64,000 bases of DNA from Nitrospiraceae bacterium (GCA_919902665.1 CAKKRK010000001.1:11277-75276), one strand, 5' to 3'; counted from the stretch's first letter, positions 30,598 to 40,771 are shown. The notes: generated by a model from the letters alone, not told the origin. Made by a program: numbers and translations.

Positions 30598-31437
30598 ATG
30601 CAGGGCATGCTACAATCCGGCGTGCCGATTCCTCATGACCACCCGTCCCACGACATCCTGCTCGACACGGCGATTGCCGCCGGCAAAGAAGCGGGCGCCC
30701 TCCTCCGGACCTATGCGAGTTCTGGGTTCCGCATCGAGTATAAGAATCCAATCAATCTAGTGACGGACGCGGACCGTGCCGCTGAACAGTGTGTCATCGA
30801 CCATATCCGGGCTCGCTTCCCCACCCATCGATTCCTAGCCGAGGAGCGTGGCCGTATTGAGGAGGTCCCGTCACCCTATCTCTGGGTCATCGACCCACTC
30901 GATGGCACCACGAATTTTGCTCACGGCTACCCCACCTACTGCGTCTCTATCGGCCTTGAGTATGAGGGGCGCTGTATTCTTGGCGTGATTGTTGACCCCT
31001 CGCGGGACGAACTCTTCACAGCCATTGAACATCGTGGCGCTCAGTTGAACGGTCATCCCATCCACGTCTCCAAGACGGCGACGCTCAACAGCAGCCTACT
31101 GGTGACAGGCTTCGCGTATGACATCCGAGACACACCGCGCAACAACCTGGATCATTTTGCCAAGTTTGCCATGAAGGCACAGGGACTTCGGCGAACGGGT
31201 TCTGCGGCATTGGATCTCTGCTATGTGGCAGCAGGGCGCTTCGACGGGTTCTGGGAAGTCCAGCTCAATCCCTGGGATATGGCGGCTGGATCAGTCATTG
31301 TGAAAGAAGCCGGTGGGAAGCTGACTGATTTCAGCGGAAAGGATCTCTCCATCTACGGACAAGAGCTGGTCGCGAGTAATGGACAAATCCACGAGGCGAT
31401 GCTCCAGGTTCTCCAGCAAGATGCTCCACGAACATGA
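30598..31437 (+). CDS. suhB: Inositol monophosphatase (SuhB family)
   Basis: LVTDAD, LAEE, WVIDPLDGTTNFAHG, RRTGSAALDL, WDMAAG. Start uncertain. Confidence 0.93.
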   Translation: MQGMLQSGVPIPHDHPSHDILLDTAIAAGKEAGALLRTYASSGFRIEYKNPINLVTDADRAAEQCVIDHIRARFPTHRFLAEERGRIEEVPSPYLWVIDPLDGTTNFAHGYPTYCVSIGLEYEGRCILGVIVDPSRDELFTAIEHRGAQLNGHPIHVSKTATLNSSLLVTGFAYDIRDTPRNNLDHFAKFAMKAQGLRRTGSAALDLCYVAAGRFDGFWEVQLNPWDMAAGSVIVKEAGGKLTDFSGKDLSIYGQELVASNGQIHEAMLQVLQQDAPRT

Positions 31438-31535
31438 ACACACGATAGAGATGTGCCTCGTGAAGCTCCCCCACCAATGTACAACCCGAGTGTGGATACG
31501 GTATGCTGTGAATATTGATCAACCGGAGTCTTCCC

Positions 31536-31817
31536 ATGGCACGTGCCGTCCCTCCACCAGAACAACCGAACAACAGTCTTTCCGGTGATCACTCTGCTGA
31601 TCCGGCCTGGGACGTGGAATTGCTCCGCGTGCTCGTCAGCCGGAAAGGAATACAAGTCGAAGCCCAATGGGCAATCCATCCTCAGTTGAAGCAGGACTTG
31701 TTGCCTACCGAATGGCAGGAAGTAAAAGATCTCATGACACAGGTGACCGACATCGTTGGTAATCGCTTCTCCGAAGCTCTGGCGAATGTCGAGCCTATCC
31801 CTCCGGGCCATGCCTGA
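31536..31817 (+). CDS. Hypothetical protein (~93 aa)
   Basis: GGAG RBS, helical composition, fills the gap between suhB and the CMD gene. Confidence 0.6.
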   Translation: MARAVPPPEQPNNSLSGDHSADPAWDVELLRVLVSRKGIQVEAQWAIHPQLKQDLLPTEWQEVKDLMTQVTDIVGNRFSEALANVEPIPPGHA

Positions 31818-31876
31818 TCGCTTCATCTCGCGACTTCTTTCTTCTCCACATCATCGAATCACCAGGGAGGTTCCTC

Positions 31877-32209
31877 ATGGACTCGTATTACCATTCGCAT
31901 GATCTTGGCAAGTTTGCTGACATCGGAAAAGGCAACAAAGTCCTGTGGGAGAAATTCAAGAGCTACTACGACGCGGTGTTTGTGGAGGGCGCGTTGACGG
32001 AGCGAGAGAAGGCACTCATTGCCCTGGCCGTCGCCCATACCGTGCAATGTCCCTACTGCATCGACGCCTACACGCAGGCGTCGCTGGAAAAGGGATCAAA
32101 TGTAGAAGAAATGACCGAGGCGGTGCACGTCGCTTGCGCTATCCGCGGCGGCGCATCACTTGTTCATGGCGTGCAGATGCGAAACGTGGCGGAGAAGCTG
32201 TCGATGTAG
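31877..32209 (+). CDS. Carboxymuconolactone decarboxylase/AhpD-like protein (arsenosugar-associated peroxidase-like family)
   Basis: EGALTEREKALIALAVAHTVQCPYCIDAY with CxxC; strong RBS. Confidence 0.85.
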   Translation: MDSYYHSHDLGKFADIGKGNKVLWEKFKSYYDAVFVEGALTEREKALIALAVAHTVQCPYCIDAYTQASLEKGSNVEEMTEAVHVACAIRGGASLVHGVQMRNVAEKLSM

Positions 32210-32224
32210 TCAGCTTAAGGAGAA

Positions 32225-34075
32225 TCAGAGATAGGGATTCTCCGGAATCGCCAGGGTAAAATACTTCCCCCGCTCTTCGTACAAGACACGCTGCACTGTG
32301 AGGTCGTTGAGGATTGGTAAGAGGGCTACCTCGTCACAAGCAGCTCGCCCCGCCATCGTGGCTCGAATCTGCTCCACCGTCTTTGCCGACTCATTGCAGA
32401 TCTCGATCACCAGCGCCGCCAAGCCTTCATACCTCCGACGAGTCGGGGCCTTCGGATTCCGGCCATCATAGATCGTTACGTAGCTCGGGGCTTTCGAGTA
32501 ATACAGAAACGGCCGATCCCCTGACTTATGCATTCGCTGCCAGCCTTCGATTGCAGCGACGAGCTCTTGATACAGGTGAGGATCGACTGGCCAATTGTCG
32601 AGTTCATACTCAAAATCGTAGGCGATCTTTTTGAGATCAACCTGCCGCGCATCGTACACATATTCATACGCCATCCCCGGCCCGGTAATGCGGATACCGT
32701 ACTCGTGCGGCCTGGTGAAGTAGGGGCTGAAGCGCTGCAGCCAAAACTTGCCTGTCGCTTCCGGCGGCTGCAGGTGCAGCAGGGAGGGAATCAGGTCGAG
32801 CTGACGCTGATAGTCCTCGTTGGTCTCGCCTGGAAATCCCAGCAAAATATTCCATGACACCATCACATGATAATAGAGGCTCCACTTGAGGCAGATGATG
32901 TTCTGCATCGGCGTGACGCCCTTGTCCATCGCGCGTAGTTGATTGACACTCAGACTCTCCAAACCCGGCTGCATACATTTCACGCCACCAGCAGCCAAGG
33001 TCTTGATCTGGCGTTTCTGCAGATTGCTCTTGGTTTCGATAAAGACATCCAAGTCGCAGTGATCCTCCGCCAACTTGCCGAAGAGATTGTCGATATAGGC
33101 CATGTCGATGATGTTATCGACGAGACGAAACCGGACGGCATCGTAGCGCTGAGAGAGGTCGGCAATTTCTTGTAACACCTGCCCAGGCGCCTTCGCTCGG
33201 AACTTCATGCTCTGGGCATTGAGTCCACAAAATGTACAGTGATGTTTCTCGCCCCACCAACAGCCACGAGAGCCTTCGTACAAGAGGATGCGATCGAGTC
33301 CCTGCGCCGTCTGCCCGAGTTCAGCAAGTAACGCATAGTAGTCGTCATAATCGGGCGGGCCGGCCTTCGCAAAATCGGAAAAGAGTGATTCATTCGGTGT
33401 GAGCATGATCTTGTCGCCCTGACGGTACGTCACGCCGTTCGGATAGCCCCCTGTTTTGCCGGCCAGCACCTGACGGACGAACGGCAAGCAACTTTCTTCT
33501 CCTTCCCCAACCACCACGTGATCGATGAAGGGAAAGGCCCTGAAATGTTCGAGGCCCATTTCGCCATCGAAGTTGGCTCCGCCGAAGACGATCGTCACGT
33601 CGGGGTACAGATCCTTGATGAGCTTGGCCATCGTCAGGCTCGCGACGTTCTGATCGAACGTCGAGGTAAACCCGACCAACTTATACTGTCCCCAATTGAT
33701 GGTGGCGAGGGCCCAAGTGAGAAATTGCGGCGCGATGCGGGTCGCCATCTCTTCGAAGTAGCCAATTGGTTTGCTGCACTCTTGGGACAGCTGTTCAAAG
33801 ACCGGCTTGAATATGCGTGGGTACTCCGTGCGTTTCGGATTGTCTTGAAACAGGAGGGAGGAGAACAGCCACTCGCCAAAGAGTGCGCGCTTCTCACAGA
33901 TTGCCTCGTGTAACTCGACGCCGATCAGGTGGGCAAACCGGACGTTCAAGTGATGGCAATCGACAGGGATCCCATTGGACTTTAGGAGTGTAGAGAGAGT
34001 GCCAAGCTGAATTGATGGATACTTGGCATAACTAAACGGCATGTTGACGAGCGCAACTCTTGCTTCATCGCTCAT
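32225..34075 (-). CDS. B12-binding radical SAM protein, RiPP maturation radical SAM family (TIGR03975-like)
   Basis: VNMPF..PSIQLGTL, GFTSTFDQ, FGGANFDG, SRGCWWGEKHHCTFCG (CX7CX2C), QPGLES, WNILLGFPGE. Confidence 0.85.
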   Translation of the reverse strand: MSDEARVALVNMPFSYAKYPSIQLGTLSTLLKSNGIPVDCHHLNVRFAHLIGVELHEAICEKRALFGEWLFSSLLFQDNPKRTEYPRIFKPVFEQLSQECSKPIGYFEEMATRIAPQFLTWALATINWGQYKLVGFTSTFDQNVASLTMAKLIKDLYPDVTIVFGGANFDGEMGLEHFRAFPFIDHVVVGEGEESCLPFVRQVLAGKTGGYPNGVTYRQGDKIMLTPNESLFSDFAKAGPPDYDDYYALLAELGQTAQGLDRILLYEGSRGCWWGEKHHCTFCGLNAQSMKFRAKAPGQVLQEIADLSQRYDAVRFRLVDNIIDMAYIDNLFGKLAEDHCDLDVFIETKSNLQKRQIKTLAAGGVKCMQPGLESLSVNQLRAMDKGVTPMQNIICLKWSLYYHVMVSWNILLGFPGETNEDYQRQLDLIPSLLHLQPPEATGKFWLQRFSPYFTRPHEYGIRITGPGMAYEYVYDARQVDLKKIAYDFEYELDNWPVDPHLYQELVAAIEGWQRMHKSGDRPFLYYSKAPSYVTIYDGRNPKAPTRRRYEGLAALVIEICNESAKTVEQIRATMAGRAACDEVALLPILNDLTVQRVLYEERGKYFTLAIPENPYL

Positions 34076-34115
34076 CTGCCGCCTCCTACGTTCATGTCTG
34101 GAAACTATCTGGTGC

Positions 34116-34466
34116 TTAACTAGCAGCGGCCCTGAATGGCTCAAATTCCCGGTCTGCCTTCGCCGCCAGATAAAAGTCGCTCTCCGTCAGGCCGTTGATC
34201 TTGTGTGTCCAGATTTCAACCTTGCACTTACCCCAAGCGAGATAGAGATCCGGATGATGGCCCTCCGCCTCCGCGATCACACCCACCTTGTTCACATAGG
34301 CGAGCGCCTGAGCAAAATCTTTAAATGTATAGAGTCGCTCAAGGTGACCCTGTGCGTTGAGTGACCACCCTCGCCCTAATTCTTTCAACAAGGCCTCGGC
34401 ACGATCATTCGCCACAGGTGGCACTCCACCACGGCACGGAATACATTTATTATCGGCCAGACTCAT
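34116..34466 (-). CDS. phhB: Pterin-4-alpha-carbinolamine dehydratase
   Basis: LERLYTFKDF, AEAEGHHPDL, WTHKINGLTESDFYLAAKAD. Confidence 0.92.
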   Translation of the reverse strand: MSLADNKCIPCRGGVPPVANDRAEALLKELGRGWSLNAQGHLERLYTFKDFAQALAYVNKVGVIAEAEGHHPDLYLAWGKCKVEIWTHKINGLTESDFYLAAKADREFEPFRAAAS

Positions 34467-34548
34467 GCAGAGCCTCCTTTCACGAGTAACAAAAAACTAT
34501 TCTAAATGGGTAATCCGTACAGAAACAAGGAGGGGAGTACGAAGCGGG

Positions 34549-35547
34549 CTACTCAGTCTCGTCCGGCGCTCCACCGGACTTCGCCAGATCGTCCATCTTG
34601 ATCTTGTCGGGATTGAACTTGACTGCCGCCTGCGTCATGCGACCGAGCGCATCATCGAACGACAAGGGCGGAGCATCTTTGGGACCGAAGCGAACGGGAT
34701 TCACCCGGGCGACGACGAAGCTCTTCAGGTAGGGACTGGTCAGCCCTTTGGCCTTGAGGGCTTCGACTTGTTTGACGATAAAATCGTCCAGTGCCAGTAC
34801 GGTCTTGGCGCGCTGCTGACGAACGCTTAGAGCGGCATGCAGCGGTTTCTGTAGAAATTCGTCCACCCGTTTCAGGACCGGGTGATAGGCCCCGCCGCTG
34901 AATCGCGGACGCTCTTCGTAACAGAGACCGAGCGTGATGAACGCCGGCTCTTCAAACTCAAGCGCGTATTGCTCTTCCGTCGCCTCGTCGAGGTGAGCCA
35001 GCTCCTTGTACATGCGGATGACTTCCAGCGCCTTCTCGCGCAGGTTATGGGCTTTCTCCGTATTTAGCGCGAGGATCTGATAGGCGGCGGCAGCTTCTGA
35101 AACCACGATCGCGATAATACTTTTCGCTCCCAGAGTCCGCATGGCAGACAGACGATGGTTGCCGTTCGGTGTCCAATACTTCGCTGCATGGTCGGGTTTT
35201 GCGATGCGCACCGCGATGATGGGGTCGAGAAAGCGACCGATCTTCCCGATCACCGCTTCCAGCTTTCGGACGTGGGTGTCCGAAAGATTCCGTTGGTAGG
35301 GTGTCGGCTCAACCAGGTCGATCGGCAAGGCGGCCTGGACCAGCCACTATCCCCTATATGGGTCACGATAGACTGAGGGAACTTTCCCTCCATCCGCCTC
35401 GATCAACTGATGCAACTCGGCCACGGCACCAGGCGGTGCAGCGGCTTGTAATTCACCGGCGGCCAGGCCAGTCGAGGCTCCAACCGGTTTCCGACGCCGT
35501 CTCGCCCCCTTGGGCAACGGGTTTCTTTTCAATTTCTTTTCAGCCAC
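34549..35547 (-). pseudogene. ParB/Srx-like domain protein interrupted by an in-frame TAG
   Basis: Frame continuous from GTG 35547 (AEKKLKRNP..) through TAG 35347-35349 into WLVQAALPIDLVEPTPYQR..TPNGNHRLSA (ParB-like GxHR). Confidence 0.8.
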
Positions 35548-35569
35548 TGCGATATGGTAGGACAGAGCC

Positions 35570-36259
35570 ATGACAAAAGAAAGCCCTACGAGCACGATCC
35601 TTCGCATCGGACATCGAGGCGCCTGCGGACACGCACCAGAAAATACGTTGACCTCCATTGAGCAGGCAATCGTACTCCGATACGCCTTGACTGAAGTAGA
35701 TATTCAACGGACATCAGACGATGAGCTGGTCCTACTGCATGACGAGCGGGTCGACCGCACGACGAACGGTCGTGGGCGCGTGGCTGACCTGACACTTCCA
35801 GATATTCGAACGCTGGATGCCGGCGACGGCGAGAGCCCTCCGACGTTAGACGACGTGCTCAAAGCCGCGAGCGGTCGAATCGGCTTGATTTTGGAGCTGA
35901 AGACCGGGGGATCAGCCTACGATGTCTGCGCGATTGTCCGTGGCAGCGGCTTCACTCAACCTGTGATCTATGCCTCATTCCTACAGGAAGAGCTCCAACA
36001 TGTCCGACGGGCGAATCCACAGGCACAGAGCATGATCCTCTTTACGAGGCTACCTGCCAATCCAGGGATCGTAGCCGTCAGGCTTCACGCCACCCACGTA
36101 GGTTTGCGCCTGGATACCGTGACCGAACCACTCGTGAATGCTCTACACAACCAAGGCCTGATCGTGTTCGCCTACACCGCCAATCAGCCTGCCCAAGTCA
36201 GCAAGATGAAGAGGCTCGGCGTGGATGGGATTATCTCTGACTTTCCGGACCTTGTCTGA
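35570..36259 (+). CDS. Glycerophosphodiester phosphodiesterase family
   Basis: IGHRGACGHAPENTL, EVDIQRT, VLLHD, LELK, DGIISDFPD. Confidence 0.92.
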   Translation: MTKESPTSTILRIGHRGACGHAPENTLTSIEQAIVLRYALTEVDIQRTSDDELVLLHDERVDRTTNGRGRVADLTLPDIRTLDAGDGESPPTLDDVLKAASGRIGLILELKTGGSAYDVCAIVRGSGFTQPVIYASFLQEELQHVRRANPQAQSMILFTRLPANPGIVAVRLHATHVGLRLDTVTEPLVNALHNQGLIVFAYTANQPAQVSKMKRLGVDGIISDFPDLV

Positions 36260-36742
36260 AAAGCCACGCAACCATCCGCCTTGAAAAAGGCTCCTGAAAT
36301 AGCACGGGCGACCTTGCACTACGGTGGGAGGTCGCCCGCGATCGGCGCTTAGGACGCCGGAATATGATGCTCTCAGTTGTTGCGGCCCAGAAGACCCACA
36401 CAATACAAATCGTCCAAGGTTTCCAGTCGGGGAAGACCTCGTCAGTTCCGGGTACCTGCGTTCCTCCTGCTTCCGAAGAGCTCTCCGCTCATATGGCTCT
36501 GGCCATCATGTACGAGGGCCATGCGTGCCATTCTGACACAGCCAGCGAAGAATCGGCTAGCAAGACCGACGAGAAACCCACCCGTGAATCGGTGGGCCTG
36601 ATGGGCCAGGTGGCGTCGTGTCGTCCATTTCCACCCTCCTCTCGCGATGAAGTCACCGAGAGACCTGGATGGTAGCCGCGCGGTCTACCCGATCTCTCGA
36701 ACTTCCGTTAAAAGATGGGCCGCACTGTCCTCACTACGCTCA

Positions 36743-37183
36743 TTAGGAAACCTTGTCAAGAGTGCCCTGACGCTTCTTGGCACCGATACGTAACACAGAG
36801 CAGATGCCAACCAACACAAGATCTTCAAGCGGAGAATACCATCGCAAAGGCAGAGGGAAGAACACGCCGTAGCACCCACAGTTTGGAAGATCAAGGCCGC
36901 GGAACAGGGTCATGATAAGCCCCACGGCATAGAGACCGTTCAACAGCAGGGCAAGAAACGCACCGGTCGGGAGCTGCCAACCGGAAAGGATCCATGCTGC
37001 CAGTACCCACTCGACTGCAATGATCATGAGCGCCACCGGCCAGAGAGACCAGCTGGGGAACAGCCGGTAGGTGGCCAAGATATCGACGAATCCAGGCAGA
37101 TCCAGTGATTTTCCTAAAGCTGAGGCCAGGAGCACTCCCCCGATCAACAGGCGGCAACACCATGTCACAACGGTCCAATTCAT
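36743..37183 (-). CDS. MauE/DoxX family membrane protein
   Basis: CRLLIGGVLLASALGK, four TM helices, NCGCYG. Confidence 0.85.
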   Translation of the reverse strand: MNWTVVTWCCRLLIGGVLLASALGKSLDLPGFVDILATYRLFPSWSLWPVALMIIAVEWVLAAWILSGWQLPTGAFLALLLNGLYAVGLIMTLFRGLDLPNCGCYGVFFPLPLRWYSPLEDLVLVGICSVLRIGAKKRQGTLDKVS

Positions 37184-37207
37184 ATGGGAGACTCCCGCAT
37201 AAAGAAT

Positions 37208-37243
37208 AAGGAGGAGCGCGGTGCTCTTGCCGCACTCCTCCTT
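37208..37243 (-). terminator. Intrinsic terminator after ppk2
   Basis: AAGGAGGAGCGCGG / CCGCACTCCTCCTT stem with T-rich flanks on both sides. Confidence 0.65.
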
Positions 37244-37312
37244 TTTTCATGCCTCACCCGTGATTGAGCGTGAATGGCTGCACCGACCGATCAAGGTCGC
37301 GCTGACGCCCCG

Positions 37313-38131
37313 CTACACGATCCTCAGCTTGGTGAAATCTACACCTTCCGGTGCCGGGGGCGTCTTGAGGTTCATCTCTTCCAACGCATCAACGACACGC
37401 TCAGCCACGATAAGATTGCGGTACCACTTCCGATTGGCCGGCACGACATACCACGGCGTCCGCATGGTACTCGTGGCCGAGAGGACCTCTTCGAAGGCTT
37501 TCTGATACTCATCCCACAACTTGCGCTCCTCAAGATCGCCAGAACTCCATTTCCAGCGCTTCTCCGGATCGGCGATGCGGGCCTCCAGCCGTTTTTTCTG
37601 CTCTTCCTTCGAGATATGGAGAAAGAACTTGAGCACGGTCGTGCCGTTCTCCGTCAGCAACTCCTCGAATTCTTTGATCTGGTCCAAGCGGCACTTCGCA
37701 ACTTTCTCGGACACCCATCCATGCACCCGTGTAATCAGGACGTCCTCATAATGCGATCGGTTAAAGATCCCAATGTAGCCTTTGGGAGGAACTTCGCGGT
37801 GAATGCGCCACAAAAAATCACGAGCCAATTCATCCTTGGAGGGAGCCTTGAAAGCCGCCACTTTGCAGCCCTGCGGGTTGATGCCGGACATCACGCTCTT
37901 GATGGTCCCATCCTTTCCGCTTGTATCCATCCCCTGCAGGACGATAAGAAGCGATCGAGTCGCATTGGCATATAGACGCTCTTGGAGCCCCTCGAGCCCG
38001 GCGATAAGCTTGGCTGTTTCCGCTTTTGCCTTTTCTTTACCTTGGTCGCTCTTTTTGTACTCCCCGGTGTCGTCGGGATCGTACTGTTTCAACGAAAGCT
38101 TGGCGCCGGACTTCACACGGTACCGTTTCAT
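37313..38131 (-). CDS. ppk2: Polyphosphate kinase 2 family protein
   Basis: QGMDTSGKDG Walker A, FKAPS, FNRSHYEDV, KFFLHISKEEQ, WYVVPANRKW. Confidence 0.94.
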   Translation of the reverse strand: MKRYRVKSGAKLSLKQYDPDDTGEYKKSDQGKEKAKAETAKLIAGLEGLQERLYANATRSLLIVLQGMDTSGKDGTIKSVMSGINPQGCKVAAFKAPSKDELARDFLWRIHREVPPKGYIGIFNRSHYEDVLITRVHGWVSEKVAKCRLDQIKEFEELLTENGTTVLKFFLHISKEEQKKRLEARIADPEKRWKWSSGDLEERKLWDEYQKAFEEVLSATSTMRTPWYVVPANRKWYRNLIVAERVVDALEEMNLKTPPAPEGVDFTKLRIV

Positions 38132-38238
38132 GAGTTCCTCCCTGCCTCAGCGCAGAAGACACCCCATCGTTGGTGATTGGAGGGCACACTGCACAGACCC
38201 ACGTATGTTCCTAGAATCGGATGAACCGGGTGTGAAGC

Positions 38239-39219
38239 CTATGGTTGTCTTGGAGCATCCTGGGCACAGCGGAAGCCGACATTAGGATCCTGCTCGGTCG
38301 GATCACCCTTCGTGCGAAACGAAGACCGTAGCCGATACGGCGTATTGATGTAGGATCCACCGCGCTGGACTTTGGCCGTCCCTTCGCTGGGTCCACGTGG
38401 ATTGATCGCGGGACTGTTGATGAAACTGGAATAAAAATCCTCGGCGTACCAGTCCATCACCCATTCGTAGAGATTACCAGCTAGATCCTGCACACCATAC
38501 GGGCTTTGCCCCATGTGGTGATTGCCGATGACCGACACCGTCTCCGCACCGCCTTCCTTCAACCCATAGACCGCGTGGACTGGAGTCGGCGGATCGTTTC
38601 CCCACGGATAAGTCCGTTCATCAGTCCCGCGTGCCGCCTTTTCCCATTCAGCCTCTGCGGGCAGCCGTTTCCCCAGCCAGAGACAATAGCCCATCGCATC
38701 CATCCAGTTCACCCAGCGGACAGGACGCTCGGCATGAATCACAGGCGTCTCCTTGTCCGTGAATCCCCATGGAGGTTCGCTCTGAATAGCTTCGACGTAC
38801 TTGGCGAATCGTCCGTTCGTCACCTCAAATTTGTCGATATAGAAGGCATTGAGGTAGACGCGGTGCGCAGGGGCTTCGTCTTCATCTCCTTTGTCGCTTC
38901 CCATTACAAACTCACCGGCCGACACCAAGACCATCGGTGCCCCATCTTTCCCAATCAGTTCAGGAACGGCCGTGGACAGCACAGCCAGCTGGTGCATAGC
39001 GCCACCGTTGGTCGGCGCCTTGCTTCTCTCTCCAGCTTTGTGATCGCCATTGGCGCCAGGAAGTTTCGCTGAAATGGCAGGAAGATCAGGCTTGAGGGAC
39101 GTTGACGGGGCGGACTCAGGCTTCGAGGTCCGACTTTCTGTCGCCGCTGCAAGCCCTGTCTGTAGAAAGAGGGCCAGGGCACCAGTCATACACGCGGCAA
39201 AAATTCGTCGGACATCCAT
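38239..39219 (-). CDS. Formylglycine-generating enzyme / SUMF1-domain secreted protein
   Basis: Signal peptide, FVMGSD, YIDKFEVTN, RLPAEAEWEKAARG, DLAGNLYEW, RGGSY, NVGFRC. Confidence 0.9.
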   Translation of the reverse strand: MDVRRIFAACMTGALALFLQTGLAAATESRTSKPESAPSTSLKPDLPAISAKLPGANGDHKAGERSKAPTNGGAMHQLAVLSTAVPELIGKDGAPMVLVSAGEFVMGSDKGDEDEAPAHRVYLNAFYIDKFEVTNGRFAKYVEAIQSEPPWGFTDKETPVIHAERPVRWVNWMDAMGYCLWLGKRLPAEAEWEKAARGTDERTYPWGNDPPTPVHAVYGLKEGGAETVSVIGNHHMGQSPYGVQDLAGNLYEWVMDWYAEDFYSSFINSPAINPRGPSEGTAKVQRGGSYINTPYRLRSSFRTKGDPTEQDPNVGFRCAQDAPRQP

Positions 39220-39387
39220 ACGTTGGCCTCAGTTCATACTAAGGTACCGAAAATGAAAGGCCAAAATCCAGCCCATCTCGATTTGGCCGCTCTATGGCCC
39301 GAGGGCGGCAGCCGGTTGAACATGATAGTCGATGATTGCGTGCGAGAGTTGCACTTACCGATCGTCCAGTGTAGCGTAGGCGTCAGC

Positions 39388-39834
39388 ATGCCGGTCTCGA
39401 TTGCGTTCGCCATCCAGAAGTGCCTCCCTCTGGTCACCTGTACCCTGCTTGTCGCGCTGGTTATCGGCGTTTCCGGCTGTGGTGGGCCTTGGCGAGATAC
39501 CTATTTCAAGAGAGGGGTCGGTCGGCTGACACAGGAGGAGATTCGAGAGCGACTAGGCCCCCCGCACACGGCCAAGACCCCAGCTCTTGGTGGGGATAGT
39601 CACTGGACCTATCGGTTCGCACTCAGCGAGCAAGACCTCACCACGTTGAACGCCTCATTCGTCGCTGACGCTTCCCACTCGGTCACCAGCTTGATGGGCA
39701 AGGGGGCAGAAACCGCCAAACCCACGTTGTATTGCTATCGATACACGTTGACGTTCTCCGAAGACAAGACCCTGAAGAACTGGAAACGTGAGGAATGCAT
39801 TCCGGGTACCCGCGAAACACTGACCGCCAAATAG
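39388..39834 (+). CDS. Hypothetical lipoprotein (SmpA/OmlA-like motif)
   Basis: Lipobox VSGC, LTQEEIRERLGPP..W.Y. Start uncertain. Confidence 0.65.
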   Translation: MPVSIAFAIQKCLPLVTCTLLVALVIGVSGCGGPWRDTYFKRGVGRLTQEEIRERLGPPHTAKTPALGGDSHWTYRFALSEQDLTTLNASFVADASHSVTSLMGKGAETAKPTLYCYRYTLTFSEDKTLKNWKREECIPGTRETLTAK

Positions 39835-39837
39835 AGG

Positions 39838-40677
39838 ATGATCGTGCCCCCAAGCGAGTGGTTTTCCATCGACAGCTCGGTCACACTGGACGGACTCAAG
39901 TCGCTGATCCTGTTGCTGTCCTTGATCATCGTCAGAACGCTGGCCGTCCGATGGATCGCCGGCAATCAGACGCTCTCGATGGAGTCGAAACGTCGGTGGG
40001 TAGTGACAACCAGGAATTCCGTCGTCTTCGCGTTTCTTATCGGCCTGGTGATCATCTGGGCCCATGAACTCCAGGCGTTTGCCGTGTCGCTTGTCGCGTT
40101 GGCGGCGGCAATGGTCTTGGCGACAAAAGAGCTGATCCTCTGTTGGAGTGGCGCGGCGCTGCGAGTGGGCGGCAAGGTCTATGCCGTTGGTGATCGAATT
40201 CAGATTGCAGGCTACCGGGGAGTCGTACTGGATCACGATGTCTTTGCGACGAAGTTATTGGAGATCGGTCCCGGGCAATCCGCACACTTGTACACCGGCC
40301 GGGTGACATTTTTCCCCAACAGCCTGTTGTTTACCAACGCGTTGGTCAAAGAGAATCCTGAGCAGGACTACGGCCTCTATACATTGACCGTGCCGGTCAA
40401 ACACGACGAGGATTGGCAACGAGCCGAACAGACCCTGTTGGAGGCGGCAAAACTAGAATGTGCACCGTTCATGGATGAAGCGGCGCGGCAGATGAAGCTA
40501 TTGGAACAGGCCAACCTGTTGGAAGCACCGTCACCAGAACCCCGCATCACCATTCAAGTACCGGAATTTGGGAAGATTCATTTCATCCTCCGATTCCCAG
40601 CTCCCGATCGAGGACGATCGCGCATTGAGCAGGCTATTCTGCGCCGGTATCTCATCGGAACGACCACAGCCAACTAA
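39838..40677 (+). CDS. Mechanosensitive ion channel, MscS family
   Basis: Three TM helices, YAVGDRIQIAG..GVV, FPNSLL. Confidence 0.85.
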   Translation: MIVPPSEWFSIDSSVTLDGLKSLILLLSLIIVRTLAVRWIAGNQTLSMESKRRWVVTTRNSVVFAFLIGLVIIWAHELQAFAVSLVALAAAMVLATKELILCWSGAALRVGGKVYAVGDRIQIAGYRGVVLDHDVFATKLLEIGPGQSAHLYTGRVTFFPNSLLFTNALVKENPEQDYGLYTLTVPVKHDEDWQRAEQTLLEAAKLECAPFMDEAARQMKLLEQANLLEAPSPEPRITIQVPEFGKIHFILRFPAPDRGRSRIEQAILRRYLIGTTTAN

Positions 40678-40710
40678 CCAACTTATAGAGTTTCTGCCCC
40701 AACACATGAA

Positions 40711-40742
40711 GAGGGCTTCCCTCGCCGCCGAAGGAAGCCCTC
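40711..40742. terminator. Hairpin between convergent mscS and ccp
   Basis: GAGGGCTTCC / GGAAGCCCTC 10-bp stem. Confidence 0.6.
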
Positions 40743-40771
40743 TCATGACTTCGAGCGCTCAGACGACCGTC

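Noticed and set aside
29907-35349. Genome-wide amber recoding, suggested by two in-frame TAG cases
   Set aside because: Several other genes here end normally at TAG (e.g. surA-like, mtgA, lpxC, the CMD gene), and no pyl genes or suppressor tRNA are visible.
36364-36675. 103-aa ORF and overlapping frames between the GDPD and MauE/DoxX genes
   Set aside because: No motif, no clear RBS and competing frames, so coding status cannot be supported.
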